Assembly (NCBI GenBank): GCA_002269645.1
Contig: NIVC01000843.1
Span: 186,001-250,000, forward strand
Reading direction: 5' to 3'
Length of the DNA: 64,000 nt
Source: Macrostomum lignano
Lineage: Eukaryota
Part shown: piece after piece, positions 23,171 through 35,700 of the stretch
Numbering within the stretch: position 1 is the first letter of the stretch
How the letters are laid out: each line of letters starts with the position of its first letter
Program-made: the position numbers and the translations under genes
Notes under the pieces: generated by a model
Seen by the model: only the letters and a program-made list of their open reading frames with translations
Database searches by the model: none
What the model was told of the DNA's origin: nothing

Positions 23171-26100
23171 TTAGAGTTCCACTTCCATGCCGACATCCGG
23201 CAGGTCCGGGTCGCCTTCAGCGAGCACTTCCGGATGACGCAAACTTGGCTCGAACAGCTGGCTACCCCGCAGGTCGGGCTGAGCTGTGGCTGGCTGTACT
23301 TGCGCGTGCTGATTGGCGGAGTCGGCTTCGCTGTCGTCACTCGACTCATAGGGCAGCATTGGCCTCTCAGTCTGGCGCGGCGGCTCCTGTGGTCGGTCGG
23401 CCATCATCTGCGGCACCTTGATGATGTTGTTGCGATGTACCAACATTTCAGCCAGGCGTCCTCGGCGGGCTGTCGCCAGTCTGATCCAGTACGCCACTTC
23501 TCCGACTTTCCTAACGACCTTGTACATGCTTTTGTAGGGCCAGTGGAATTTAGGCAGCTCTCCCAGTTCAAGCTTCGGGTTGGCCAGGCAGACAAGGTTG
23601 CCGGGCTGCAATTCCACGGGCTTAGGTCGATTTTCATAATATTCTTCATGGCGTTGGATCTCAGCTCGCAGACGTTGTTGTACAATGCGCTCAGTCTCGG
23701 CCAGTCGGCGCTGGTGCTTCGCGATGTATTCTGGGAGGTCAGCTGATACATCCAAGCGGTCTAGGGTGTTGTCGATAGGGTATCGATAAGGCATTCCGTA
23801 GACGACATAGTGCGGCGAGAAACCAGTAGTACGATTGACAGCTGATTGTAGTGCAGTTAAAGTGGCTGGCAGCATCTTGTCCCATTGCTGGTGGTCTTCT
23901 AGGAGACAAGTGAGCACCTTCTTGATATTCTTGTTACACGACTCGGCTTGTCCATTAGCCCAGGGCGAATATGGCGGTGTCGTAGTCTGTCGTATGCCAT
24001 AGACTTCGCAGAAATGTCGGAAATCATGCCCTGTGAACTGCTTGCCTTGATCGGAGTGAATCCACGCCGGGATTCCAGTGATCGGGAAGACCTGTTCCTG
24101 CAGGAGAGTTATGATCGTCTTGGCCCGCTGATTTTTCATGGCGAAGGCGAAGGGATATTTCGACGTTGTGTCAACGTAGGTCAAGATGTACTTGTTTCCT
24201 CGGTCAGTAGGATCTCCAGTGGGGCCTAAGATGTCAATCGCACATCGCCCATAGATTTCACATACCGGAAACGATTGTACATGCGCCGGAATTCGTCGTC
24301 GCCCTTTGCTCTGCGTGCAAGTCTGGCAGGAAGCGACGTAGTCGGACACTGCTTTAGCTAGGGCAGGTCGCCAGAATCTTTCGCGCACTTTTGCAATGGT
24401 GAGGTCTCGGCCCATGTGTCCGCAGTACGGCGAGCCATGCAGGTCGGCAAACACCATGGCGTCGAGACTTTTCGGCACGACAATTCGCGCTATCTCCTCC
24501 TCGCCAACATCGTCGAGATGAATCACTAGTAGTCCGTCGTCTCGAACTTCGAGCTGCTCGTAAAATGCTAGCAAACTTCGCTCATCTCTTGTCATATTCA
24601 ATCACTGATTCAGCGGCGGCTTGGGTTGTCGACTTTCGATAAGGTTGATCACCATAGAGATGGCAGAGTCAGCACGCTGATGGGTCTGGAGCTCTTCGCG
24701 GGTGACTGGCCTCGGAATGTGATCAGTTAGATTCAAGGTTTGGCGTCGATCAGTAGGATTAGACGGTGCGGCTTTGGCTGTGGTGGCATGGTTCGGGGTC
24801 TGGAGCTCCCTACGCATGATGGCTACTTGGGCCGGTCGCCGTGTTGTCGGTGTGTCCGAAGGTCGATTCTTGTCAGTGGCTTCGGCGTCACTGTCGCTCA
24901 ATCCTGATTCGTCAGCAGATAAGAATGATGAGGCAGCACTATCAGCATCAAGGCTAAACCTCACCTTCTTGAACCTTGGGTTGCGAGCGGGTTGGCAGCG
25001 GTCAACTCGGGCTGCACTGTGGTCGCTGTCCTCGCCCTCTCCAGCTCGTAGTCGGCGGCTCCTCGCGGGGCAACGTGCCGTGCTAACGAGACTAGTGGGC
25101 GATCGCTGCGAGTCCTTGTAACAACTGGCCGTTGGCCTCGGCTTCGTCGCCGGCGGGTGCAGCTCTGTCAGCGGCCTGCTGTCGGCTGTTGGTGTTGCTG
25201 GCGGCGTAGCCTCGCCGTTGGACTTCTTCGGCTTTGTCGGCGGTCGTCGTCGATTCCGGCGGGTCGATGGCTTCTTGCTCGGTGGAGGGCTAGGGTGGCT
25301 GCTGTCAAAGACCTTCGGCGCCGCTGCGCCAGTTATCGCGGCTGGCTGCTTACTTTGGTCCTCGTCTGCTGCCTCTCGCTGAGCCTCCTCCATGCATTCA
25401 GCGTCGTCCTCTGGCTGTCTTGATAGGCCGTCGGCATTCTGGTGCTGACTCGATTTGCGATGCTGGATCTTGAACTCGAATTCGCTTAGGCGCTGTAGCC
25501 ATCGTCCAAAGATGCCTACTTGTTGAGTTCGCCGGAGAATCCAGGTCAACGCTGCATGATCAGTTCGACAAATAAACTTCTTGGCCAGCAGGTAGAATCG
25601 GAAATGTTGCATGCCGTCTACAACTGCCAAGAGTTCCTGCTTTGTTATCGGATATTGCGCTTCAGCTGGTTTGAGTCGCTGGAAGAAATAGCCAATTGGT
25701 CGTTCGATTCCATCAGCTTGGCGCTGGCTCAGACATGCTCCGATTCTAATCGCAGAAGCATCCATGTCCAGGACAAACATGACGTTGGGGTCTTCGCTGA
25801 ACTGCGGATACGCGAGCACTGAGGTCGAAGTCATGGCCGCTTTAAGCTGGTCAAACGCGTCTTGTTGGGCTTTCCCCCATAGACAATTAAAGTTGCGAAT
25901 CTTCTTCTCTTTAATTACATCGTGGAGTGGAGCTGCCAACTCTGCGTAGCCAGGTACAAATTTTGCATAGTAAGCACACGTGCAGACAAAACTTTTCAGT
26001 TGCCGGGCAGTTCTTGGTCTCGGCCAGGTTTGGATTGCTTCAATTTTTGCCGGATCGGTCTTGATGCCGTCTTTCGTAACTAGATGTCCCAAATAATTGA

Positions 26101-27744
26101 GGCTTTCCCGAAATAAATGACACTCCTTGCCTTTGAACTTTAAGTTAGCGTCTTGGACTTGTTTGAAGACTTCCTCCATATGTCAAAGATGGTCGTCGAA
26201 TTTCTTGGAATACACGATGACGTCATCCAAATAGGCTATGGCACTTTTGTAGGCTATCCCTTGAAGTACAGCGTTCATGAGGTGCATGAAGCTGGCTGGT
26301 GCTGAACTTAATCCCATTGGCATAACATTGTAGGCAAATTGCCCTCTGTGCAGCGTAGCGAAGGCTGTCAGATCTTGGTCTTCTGGGCGCAGAGGTATCT
26401 GATAATAACTGCAAAGGTGCTAAATAGTTGACTTCCTTCAAGGCTGGCGAATGCTTCTTGGATATTCACTATCGGGTACGGAAAGTACTCACACTTCTGG
26501 TTCAGACTCCAGAAATCTTGTACAATTCTCAGGCTTCCGTCCTTCTTTGGGATGATCACAAGCGGGGTGTTGTAATTCGAGAAGCTTGGTCGGATCACGC
26601 CTTTGACAAGCAGATCATCTAGCAGCTGGTCCACTTTGGGCAACAGGTGCGGCGGGATCCGTCGGGTCGGCAGGTGTACAAGATCCTTATCCTTCAGTAC
26701 AATGTTGTGGGTGACCAGGTGAGTTCAACCTAGATCTTGCGGTCCTTGAGAGAAGATGTTCTTGTACTTCTTCAGCAGCTTGATGACTTGAGCGCGCTGG
26801 TCACTGGACAAGTCCTCGCCGATATCGATCTCTTTAATCCAAGCATCCGGATCTTCGTCCTGAATCTGCTTGACAGAGACTTCTGGCCGTGGAAGCGGGT
26901 AGAATTGAAGTTCTGGCAGTCTAAGTGGTCTCGCAATCCCGATAAGTGCATTCGCTCGCACTTTAATAGATGTTGTACTGCGATTAATCATTTCGATTGC
27001 ACCTTCACCATTGGCCATAAATATTAGCGCAGGCGCAGCGTCCAGGTGCTGCACCTCGTCTTCCCGTCTGGCTGGTTTCAGCGGCTCGATAACTGCTGGT
27101 GTTCCTTGATTGTCTTCACGCCCTTTAGCTAGCTTAATTCTAATTCGGGCCGATGATAATGGTGGCACTGTGGTGCTTTCGGCCGTGTAGATTCTGCACG
27201 TAGTAGCTTCGGCTCGTGTGTAGCAAAGTGGGGCGGCTGTGCCATTCTTGAAAAATAGCATCCCGGCTGCGAGGTCGAGGGAGTTGCTGTGCTTCTCCAG
27301 GAACTCGAAACCCAGGATGTTATCATGAGATCCTTGTGCTAGCAGAAAATTGACTGTCGACTCGAAGTTGCCGATCTTCATCTGGATTGCAAGCTGTCCT
27401 GCCATCTTGAATGGTTCGCCATTGTAGGTCACGATTCGCTCTAAACAGGGCTTGATTTGTCCACGCAGAGAGGGGTCGTCGATGCAAAGTCGGTGCCAAG
27501 TGCTGAATCCGAGGACCTCGCACTTAGAGCCAGTATCAAGCAAGAAAGCAAAATAACGCCAATTAATCTCACCAGTTATAAACGGGTCTCTCCGAGGGCG
27601 CTTGGGTGCAGAGTTCTGTACAGGTGCGGAGGCGGTCTCAGCAGTAGCCTGCTGAGCGACTAAAGTCTGCGACGGGGACTTTAGTGCTGGCTCGGCCGCT
27701 GGATGGCGCTGCCCCCGATGGCGCGTCTAGCCGTCGCGTTTCCC
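23171..27744 (-). pseudogene. pol: pol polyprotein (protease, RT, RNase H, long spacer, integrase)
   Basis: LLDTGS protease; RT YLDD (~26225); RNase H DAS..IGACL and TDHAAL; integrase HxxxH..C..C and D..D(HSDQG)..E; GPY/F-like tail. In-frame stops at 27727, 26725, ~26183 and 24602; ~10-nt deletion at ~26410 relative to the plus copy. Confidence 0.96.
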
Positions 27745-29087
27745 GAGCTGCTGCTGCGCTGGGGCGCATTGCTGGCCAACCGTCGATGCAGGCACTCCTC
27801 AGCGCGATGCTCCCGGTTGCACCTGTAGCACATTGCACTCTGGCGTCTTAGCTGATAAGGCGGCAGTCTCGAACTCGGCTGCGGCGGCTGTTGCAGCTGC
27901 GGCTGCTGCTGCTGCTGCTGTCGCCATCCTCCTGCCGGCGGCGTCCTTGGTGGCGGAATGCTGCCGTCATGCGGTTGCTGAAGCTGATGGAACTGTTGAT
28001 GCTGCACATTGCGTGTGCCGTTTGTCGCAAATTGAGCGCTTCCTTCAGCGCTGCGGCGAGGAGTCATGGGTACCAGACATCGGTTGCGCTGGCCCCAGGA
28101 GTCCCGCGGCTAGTGGCGAGCAGGTTTATATGGCTCCGGGGTGTCGTTATCTCGCGATCCCCGTGAGTAGAACTCCTGCATCTCATTGCTCAGGGCTTCT
28201 AGTAGACGTTGCTGCTCCTGCAGTGTCTCTGACTATTGCTCCATCACTTCTCGCAACCAATTTTCCTCGGGCCGAGGTGACTTGTCGTGTTGCACTCCAG
28301 TTGGTGGCTGACAGTCGTCATCCTCGAGAACCCGTACATGTCTCGCGGCCGGCGGTGGTGCTACTCGCTGAGCCAGGCTCGCTGCTGTCTCTAGGCGTAG
28401 CACTGCCCTTCTCGCTGCGGTTAGATTCTGCGGCCGTACCAGGATTAGCTGCTCTCTGGCTAACTGGGCGATTCGCACTCCGACCGTGAACTGGTCCACC
28501 AGTTCGGCCTGCTTCTGAACTGGGGTGAAGTGCGGGAATGCTCTATCAGCCAGAGCAATTAATCGGTCACCGTAGTCGTCGACACTCTCGTTTTTGCCTT
28601 GCTGGCAGCAACGGAACTGCTCCCGGTACTCCAGCGTGTCGGCCACGTGCGTGAAGCGCTCAGACAACCTCTGCTTGAACTCGCCAAACGTCAGATTGTC
28701 CGGCAGTTCCATCCTGACGACTGCGGGATATGTGGTGGCGATGTCCAGATTTACTAGGACTTCCGCCTTCTTTTGTCTGTCGTCCATGATCCCGTTGAGC
28801 TCACAACGCTCCTCGAGAGCCTGGATCCAGACGTCGAAATCCTGGTTTGGAGTGTACCGTTGAATCTTAACCGGTTTCGGCACTGGAGCTCAGTCCGGCT
28901 GTTGGGGCGGCTGGTACACGTGGTGATGGTGTTGTGGCTGTCCCAAATTAGCCTGCTCCAGTCGTTGTCGCACCTCTTCGGTCACCGCGCGGATCATCTC
29001 GTCGTAGGTAGGTCTTGTAGATGAATTGTCGGGGCCCGCGGCGTCGGTTGTCGCGTCCGCGGCCGTTGAGTTAGTAGTCGAAGCCAT
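27681..29087 (-). pseudogene. gag: gag
   Basis: One frame from ATG 29087 (MASTTN) to TAA 27681 with internal stops at 28890, 28233 and ~28112; retrotransposon gag core; C-terminal CYRCNREHRAEEC knuckle (CX2CX3HX4C). Confidence 0.9.
27738..27744 (-). promoter_or_regulatory. -1 ribosomal frameshift slippery heptamer G GGA AAC
   Basis: In gag frame (TCG GGA AAC); pol is in the -1 frame; the plus copy has G GGA AAT at 5777-5783. Confidence 0.8.
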
Positions 29088-29133
29088 AATGTAGATTCTG
29101 AACGACTCGTCGAATGGGTTTTGGCGTTTCGTT

Positions 29134-29154
29134 ATCCCACTTAGCTGACCACCA
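29134..29154 (-). promoter_or_regulatory. Primer-binding site
   Basis: TGGTGGTCAGCTAAGTGGGAT begins 1 nt after the 5' LTR; its complement ...ATCCCAC...CCA resembles a tRNA 3' end (Leu-like; identity not established). Confidence 0.65.
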
Positions 29155-29155
29155 G

Positions 29156-30181
29156 TGAGGTGGGGGTGGAGAAGAACTTTCTTAGAACGGTTGTTTTTTT
29201 GAATTTGCTGACACCAGTGAGGTGGGGCAGATTCCTCGTTTGAATTGCCGCTGGCATTGAGTTCGCACGAATAAAAACCGGAAAAACGCGCAGACGAATC
29301 ACAACGAAATTTCTTCTCCTGTTTTACTCCGACAGCTGGGTTCTCAAGTCCGGGGGGAGGGTAGTTGTAATCGTAGCGGAGCGGTCGTATAGTGGCCCGG
29401 TCGTTCAGATCCGTAGACTCAATTGGTCTTGACACCGTAAATCTGCTTTTGAATTGTCGTACTGATTACTGTCAATAGAGTAGTGCTGCCACCACCGTAA
29501 TTTGATCCGTATTACGGAACGTTGGGATCTCAGAGCTTGCTCAGAGTTGAGATTGATTCAGTTGTTTAACGCCCCACGGGCAAATGACTCAAGATAACTA
29601 TTATGGGCTTCGTTAACGAGATAGACTTAATTATTAGTTAATTAATATTATTTATTGATGTTGTACTAGCAGGCGTAAATTGGCAAAATAAAGTTAAATT
29701 CAGACGATTGATCCTCGGCCGGTGCCGGGTGGGACGACTAACTGCACAAACTAGTAGATCGAGACTAAATAAGTACTAATTTAACTTCGTGCACAACAGG
29801 AAATTAAACACTAAACAGACAAGTACACGAGGGTTCGCGAAGTGGAACGGAACGGAAAACGAACAAGTAGGAGGCAGGGGAAAGGAAAGATGAAAACTTG
29901 CGGCCCAAAATGGCCTTAATAAATAAATAGTGGGGCGATGTCATCCGGACGGGGATGGAGCAGCAGATGGGGCAGGAAGGCGAAGGATGGGGCAGGAGAT
30001 GAGGCGAAGGATGGGGCATCAGACGACAACAAAGCCGGGAATGAGAATAACAAAAAATTACGCGCGACGGCAAAAGATGGGGCGAGGGATGGGACATGGG
30101 ACGGCGCAACGGGTGACACAGAACGCGAGAGTCATTGCGGTGAGGTCACCTGTTCCAAACGTGGTAGTGCGCCCTACCACA
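29156..30181 (-). repeat. 5' LTR (1026 bp)
   Basis: Direct repeat of 19949-20971 with ~30 substitutions and 3 small indels. Confidence 0.97.
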
Positions 30182-31349
30182 AATATACCAATCTTTTAAA
30201 TGATGTTTTGAATAATAGAAATTAGTTGTCTAGTCAACTTTTTATTGCTATGGTGCTGCAAAAATTCTCTGTTTGCTGTAAATTTTAGGAAGACACAAAA
30301 AAATTTCTGTATTAATTTTTGTATTCACCCATAGCCATATGCCTTGAACTCTGGGGATATTAATATTATATTTATAATTATTACTTTAGTTATTATTATT
30401 ACTCAGTGTTTATTTAAAGTTTTGAATATAATAATTATTAATTAGGTTCTAAAAAAGCATATTGAAATTGCTTTTCTTAAACTTTTAAATGATAGTTTCA
30501 CGTTTTCATATAACAGGCCACGCCCACTCCAACGAGTCAACAACCAACTATAAATGTCGTAATTAGATTAGATAATATAATTATAAACAACCAGTAATGA
30601 TTTGAAAGAAAAATAATGTGCTTGACAATTTTATATGTTTTAAGTATTTTTTCAATATTTTACATTCAACCACTTTTAGTTAAATTAGTGCCATTTAATT
30701 TGGTCTATAGCTTTATTTGAAACTATTGAGAAGAGCAAGATCAGCTCTTTAATTTTGGACCATATGCTAGGCTGTCAAACTTGAAGTTGAACAAGTGCCA
30801 TTATTGGCTTGTGATGGAAGCAATCAACAAAGGTCAGCACCCAAAGTACATGGCAAGGTTACTAAATGTAAAATAAAATATGGTTTATAGCATTTACTGG
30901 CATATTGAAATTGCCTTCAAAGGGGTAACAATTGCTAAGGAAAGTTGCTAGAGCTTCAGGTTGAACCAATACTCAATTGGATTAAGACAAACCCTTTGTT
31001 AATTGTGAAAAAAATAGCAGAAATTAAATGAGCAGTTCCAGTTGGTTATCAAGTTTTGACTATTAGCAGAGCTCTGTAAGGCAACTGAAAATTGTTGGTA
31101 AAGATGCTAACATTCCAGAGGTTAACAACTATAGACTGTTGCAAGAAGGAAGAAATTTGCCAAATGGTACAAGGGTTATCCCAGAAATAGCAGGAAAAAC
31201 TGGTATAGAGGCAGAGGAGAGGCAGAGGAACAGCCGCTGGTCCAGAATTCGGGGCTTGTACATGTACCACTGCAGCATCTGCAGCTTGAGACACTGCTAA
31301 GTTACCTGCAGGAGCCCGTCTATTGCATTAATTGCAAAGCCAGAAAAAC

Positions 31350-31500
31350 TCACAGACATTTCTAATTGCAGAATACTGATCGATTGTGACGTGACTATCA
31401 CATGCATGGTGCTCCCAATTCAAGCATTGAGAACACTCAATTGCTTCTTGTCCATCGCAAACTGGCTGCAGACAGACCACATATGGATATGCACCTGCCA
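31350..31500 (-). pseudogene. PHD-finger-like exon fragment, probably from a transposon
   Basis: YPYVVCLQPVCDGQEAIECSQCLNWEHHACDSHV, followed by a GTGAGT donor; the first PHD cysteine appears mutated. Confidence 0.45.
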
Positions 31501-32791
31501 TTTTGTATCTAAGTGCTTAGACTGCTTCAGTGAATGAGACAGATGAATTTTGAACAGGGCATGAAATTTACCCAGTTTTTATCCCTTTAAACAAGTAAAT
31601 TAGTCTCGACCAATAAGAGAAATGGAAAAAAGCTATACCAGATTTTATATGAAGAAGAGATTTGTTTAATGCAAAATATGTTTACATTTACACCTCTTAG
31701 GGCCCTACTATAAGTAGGAAATTAAGACTCGTAAACATTTTTGTCTTTAGCCCTGAAATATGCTAATAAAATTTTGACTGCCTGTCTAAACCCCCCCATT
31801 GCAACCCCACATCTCCCCACCCGAAGCTATCCAATAGTAAACCAGCTGTCATTTTCCGTGACCCCCACCCCAGCTGTGGCCATCTTGGACTTACACTGAC
31901 TTTGATATTCTAATTTAATGCAACTTGTGTCATAAGTAGAAAAAATCTAACAGTTGTTTAGCTTTTTAATTGGGATAAAAATGTCAATTCATTCAAAAGT
32001 TATGCCTATAATTAGAACAAGGGATAGGGGGATAAGAGTTACACTAAGTCAAGCCTACTATGCTGTCCATAGACTAAACTTTTGATATTTAGTCAAAACC
32101 ATCAATTCAAGAAACCAAAAGCAAAGGAAGAAGCCAAAAAAAACAAAAGAACATATAAGCCCTCGAAAAAAGTAGAAGCTAATCTGAAGCAGAAGTAAAA
32201 CATTTCTGGGACAACCCTCGTACATGAGCATTTGAACCAATTTGATGCTTGTTGGACCAAATTTAATGGCGCTTTGCCAGCCTTGCTTTGCTACCATAGA
32301 CAAAAGCTCCATTGCATTGACAAACATCTTAGATTAAATTTAATGCACATAAGCCCAAATGGGTTGCAAAAAGCTATATTAAGATGCTGTTAATTAATGA
32401 GTTTATTGGTAATCTACCTAGCCTACATGCAAAGCTGGCAGCAAGATGGGTACTTAGCAGTGTTCACAGATCTGCCAGAATAGATGCCAAGCCAGTTTTT
32501 AAAGCACTTTCTTGCCAACTACCAGGGGCTACCAGCTATAACTACCAGCTGAAGTACATAGTTTTTATAGATCTTGTTTGCAATAGGCAAGTGTGAGCAT
32601 ATAGGAGCATACACAAAATGGCTCTAATATACAGTGCATCCCTCTCTCTTACCATCCACCCCTTCTGTGTTGATTTTTTTATACATTTTGTCACTTGTAA
32701 ACAAATCTCACTGTTTTGCACTTTGCAAGTGGTTTGATTTTTGTGATTATTGACACCATCATGAGTGTGCAATCAAAAGAAGGCTAAAGGC

Positions 32792-35700
32792 ATGGAATGC
32801 TTAAGCAGCGGGAAGTGTGTTGCTACAGGTAGAGACTATGTTGAGAAGGCAGCCTTGGAGGTTGATAATGATGAATGACTACAATTCATTTCTTTGAGGA
32901 CTAAAACATCACTTTTTAAATAAAAAATTCTGCCATAAATTTCAGGCAGAAAAGATTTCTCAAGCAGTTGAAGGCGAGGCTAATCTAACAGCTGCAGCCA
33001 GCCAATCAAAGCAGGCCAGTCATATTAAGCAGTCAAATCTGCATCGTCAAGATGCGCTTGATTATTCTGGGGCGGAATCTGTCACTGGTGCAACCAATTG
33101 GCAGCAGAGTTTGTTAGCTAAAGCTCGCGATGCTTGGTATGCTGCACTGGGCGTTTCTAATGAAGCAACTGCTGATAGGTTTGTAGCTTATGCTGGAATA
33201 CTAATATTATTTAGTATTGCTGGCTGTGCCTACTTCCCTATACTCTGCATATCATTCACTCCCATCTCATCCCTACCCTCTCATACCATCCCTACCCTTC
33301 CATTCCCTCTCATCTCATCCCATCCCTACCCTCTCAATTCCCTCTCATCCCACCTTACCCTCTCATTCCCTCTCATTCCCTCTCATACCATCCCTACCCT
33401 TCCATTCCCTCTCATCTCATCCCACCCTACCCTCTCATTCCCTCTCATACCATCCCTACCCTTCCATTCCCTCTCATCTCATCCCATCCCTACCCTCTCA
33501 ATTCCCTCTCATCCCACCTTACCCTCTCATTCCCTCTCATTCCCTCTCATACCATCCCTACCCTTCCATTCCCTCTCATCTCATCCCACCCTACCCTCTC
33601 ATTCCCTCTCATTCCCTCTCATCGCATCCCTACCCTTCCATTCCCTCTCATCCCATCCCTACCCTTCCATTCCCTCTCATCCCATCCCTACCCTCTCATT
33701 CCCTCTCATCCCATCCCTACCCTTCCATTCCCTCTCATTCCATCCCTACCCTCTCATTCCCTCTCATCCCACCTTACCCTCTCATTCCCTCTCATCCCAT
33801 CCCTACCCTCTCATTCCCTCTCATCCCATCCCTACCCTTCCATTCCCTCTCATTCCATCCCTACCCTCTCATTCCCTCTCATCCCATCCCTACCCTTCCA
33901 TTCCCTCTCATTCCATCCCTACCCTCTCATTCCCTCTCATCCCACCCTACCCTCTCATTCCCTCTCATCCCATCCCTACCCTCTCATTCCCTCTCATCCC
34001 ATCCCTACCCTCTCATTCCCTCTCATCCCATCCCTACCCTCTCATTCCCTCTCATCCCATCCCTACCCTCTCATTCCCTCCCATCCCAACCCTATCCTCG
34101 CATTCCCTCTCATCCCATCCCTACCCTCTCATTCCCTCCCATCCCAACCCTATCCTCTCATTCCCTCCCATTCCATCCCTACCCTCTCATTCCCTCTCAT
34201 CCCATCCCTACCCTCTCATTCCCTTCCATTCCATCCCTACCCTCTTATTCCCTCTCATCCCATCCCTACCCTCTCATTCCCTCCCATCCCATCCCTACCT
34301 TCTCATTGCCTCCCATCCCATCTCTACCCTCTCATTCCCTCCCATCCCCTCTCATCGAATACCTACCCTCTTATTCCCTCTTATCGCACCTCTACCCTCT
34401 CAATCCCCCTCTCATCGCTTACCTACCCAATATTTTTAGTTACTGAGATCAAGTGCTACTAAGCAGTAATAATCAAGCCTTATTTCATATCGGCAATTTA
34501 ATTTCAGATGGAACGAACGCCGCTTAAATCTAGTAGCTCGCTACGCCAATGCTGTTACCGATTTGCCCGAAGAAGATCAACCGCAGCAGCAGCAGCAGCA
34601 TCAGAGATATCCTCTCTCTCGCCAGCTGTCTCAACAACGCGGCAGCCGTCGTGCTGGCAGTCGGTCTCGCGGCAACGCCTTATCCAGCGCCTACAACGGC
34701 GGACGAAGCTTATTGGTTCGCTTAGCCAGCAGCTCTCGGTCGATGCGGTCCAGACAGAAACAGAGGCATGGATCTGGTCCAGCGGCATCTACTGCTGCTG
34801 ACGCTATTCAGCTGCAAACTATTACCAATGCGGAGCCTAGTGCGTCTAGGCAGACCGATGCCACCTCTCCTGATCGCCTATCCCCGGTTGGCTGGGTGCA
34901 ACGAATGCCTACAGTGAGAATTGCGACGCCGCCATCGACTCCAATTGAGTCGGCTAATAATATGGCTTCAAGTGTCTACATGTCTGTTGAGACAGAGCAG
35001 GAGGTTTGTCGTTTGAATTTCTTTATTTAAATTGTGTTTGTAGCTCGTCAGGATTCACACAGGGTCGTGTGCATAATCCAAGATTATCAGCTTCCTTGAT
35101 AATCCTACCAAATGCTCAGATTCACCGATAATCCTCCCCGAACCTCAGATTCACCGATAATCCTCCCCGAACCTCAGATTCATTGATTATCCTCCTAGAT
35201 CCTCAGAGTGATCAACAATCCTCCAAATCCCCGCAGATTCATTGCTAATCCTTCTAAATTCCCTCAGATTCATCAATAATCCTTTCAAATCTCCTCAGAT
35301 CCATTGATAATCCTTCTAAACTCCCTCAGATTCATTGATATAATCCTTCTAAATTCCCTCAGATTCATCAATAATCCTTTCAAATCTCCTCAAATCCATT
35401 GATAATCCTTCTAAACTCCCTCAGATTCATTGATATAATCCTTCTAAATTCCCTCAGATTCATCAATAATCCTTTCAAATCTCCTCAAATCCATTGATAA
35501 TCCTTCTAAACTCCGTCAGATTCATTGATATAATCCTTCTAAATTCCCTCAAATTCATCAATAATCCTTTCAAATCCCTTCAGACTCATTGTTAATCCCT
35601 TCAAATCCCCTCAGACTCATCGATAATCCTTTCAAATTCTCTCAGACTCATCGATAATCCTTCCAGATCCTCAGACTCATCGATAATCCTTCCAGATCCT

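Larger units (their letters stand above)
19949..30181 (-). mobile_element. Near full-length Ty3/Gypsy LTR retrotransposon (inactivated)
   Basis: Two LTRs ~97% identical with TG..CA ends; PBS; gag; pol in PR-RT-RH-IN order; extra ORF3. The 4-bp flanks TATA / AATA have one mismatch. Confidence 0.97.

Noticed and set aside
27833-28489. Ala-rich plus-strand ORFs over gag and pol
   Set aside because: They are antisense shadows of GC-rich retroviral-type coding sequence.
33111-34446. Long 442-aa and 409-aa ORFs
   Set aside because: They result from a G-free intronic satellite lacking stop codons; only 33111-33178 is a real exon.
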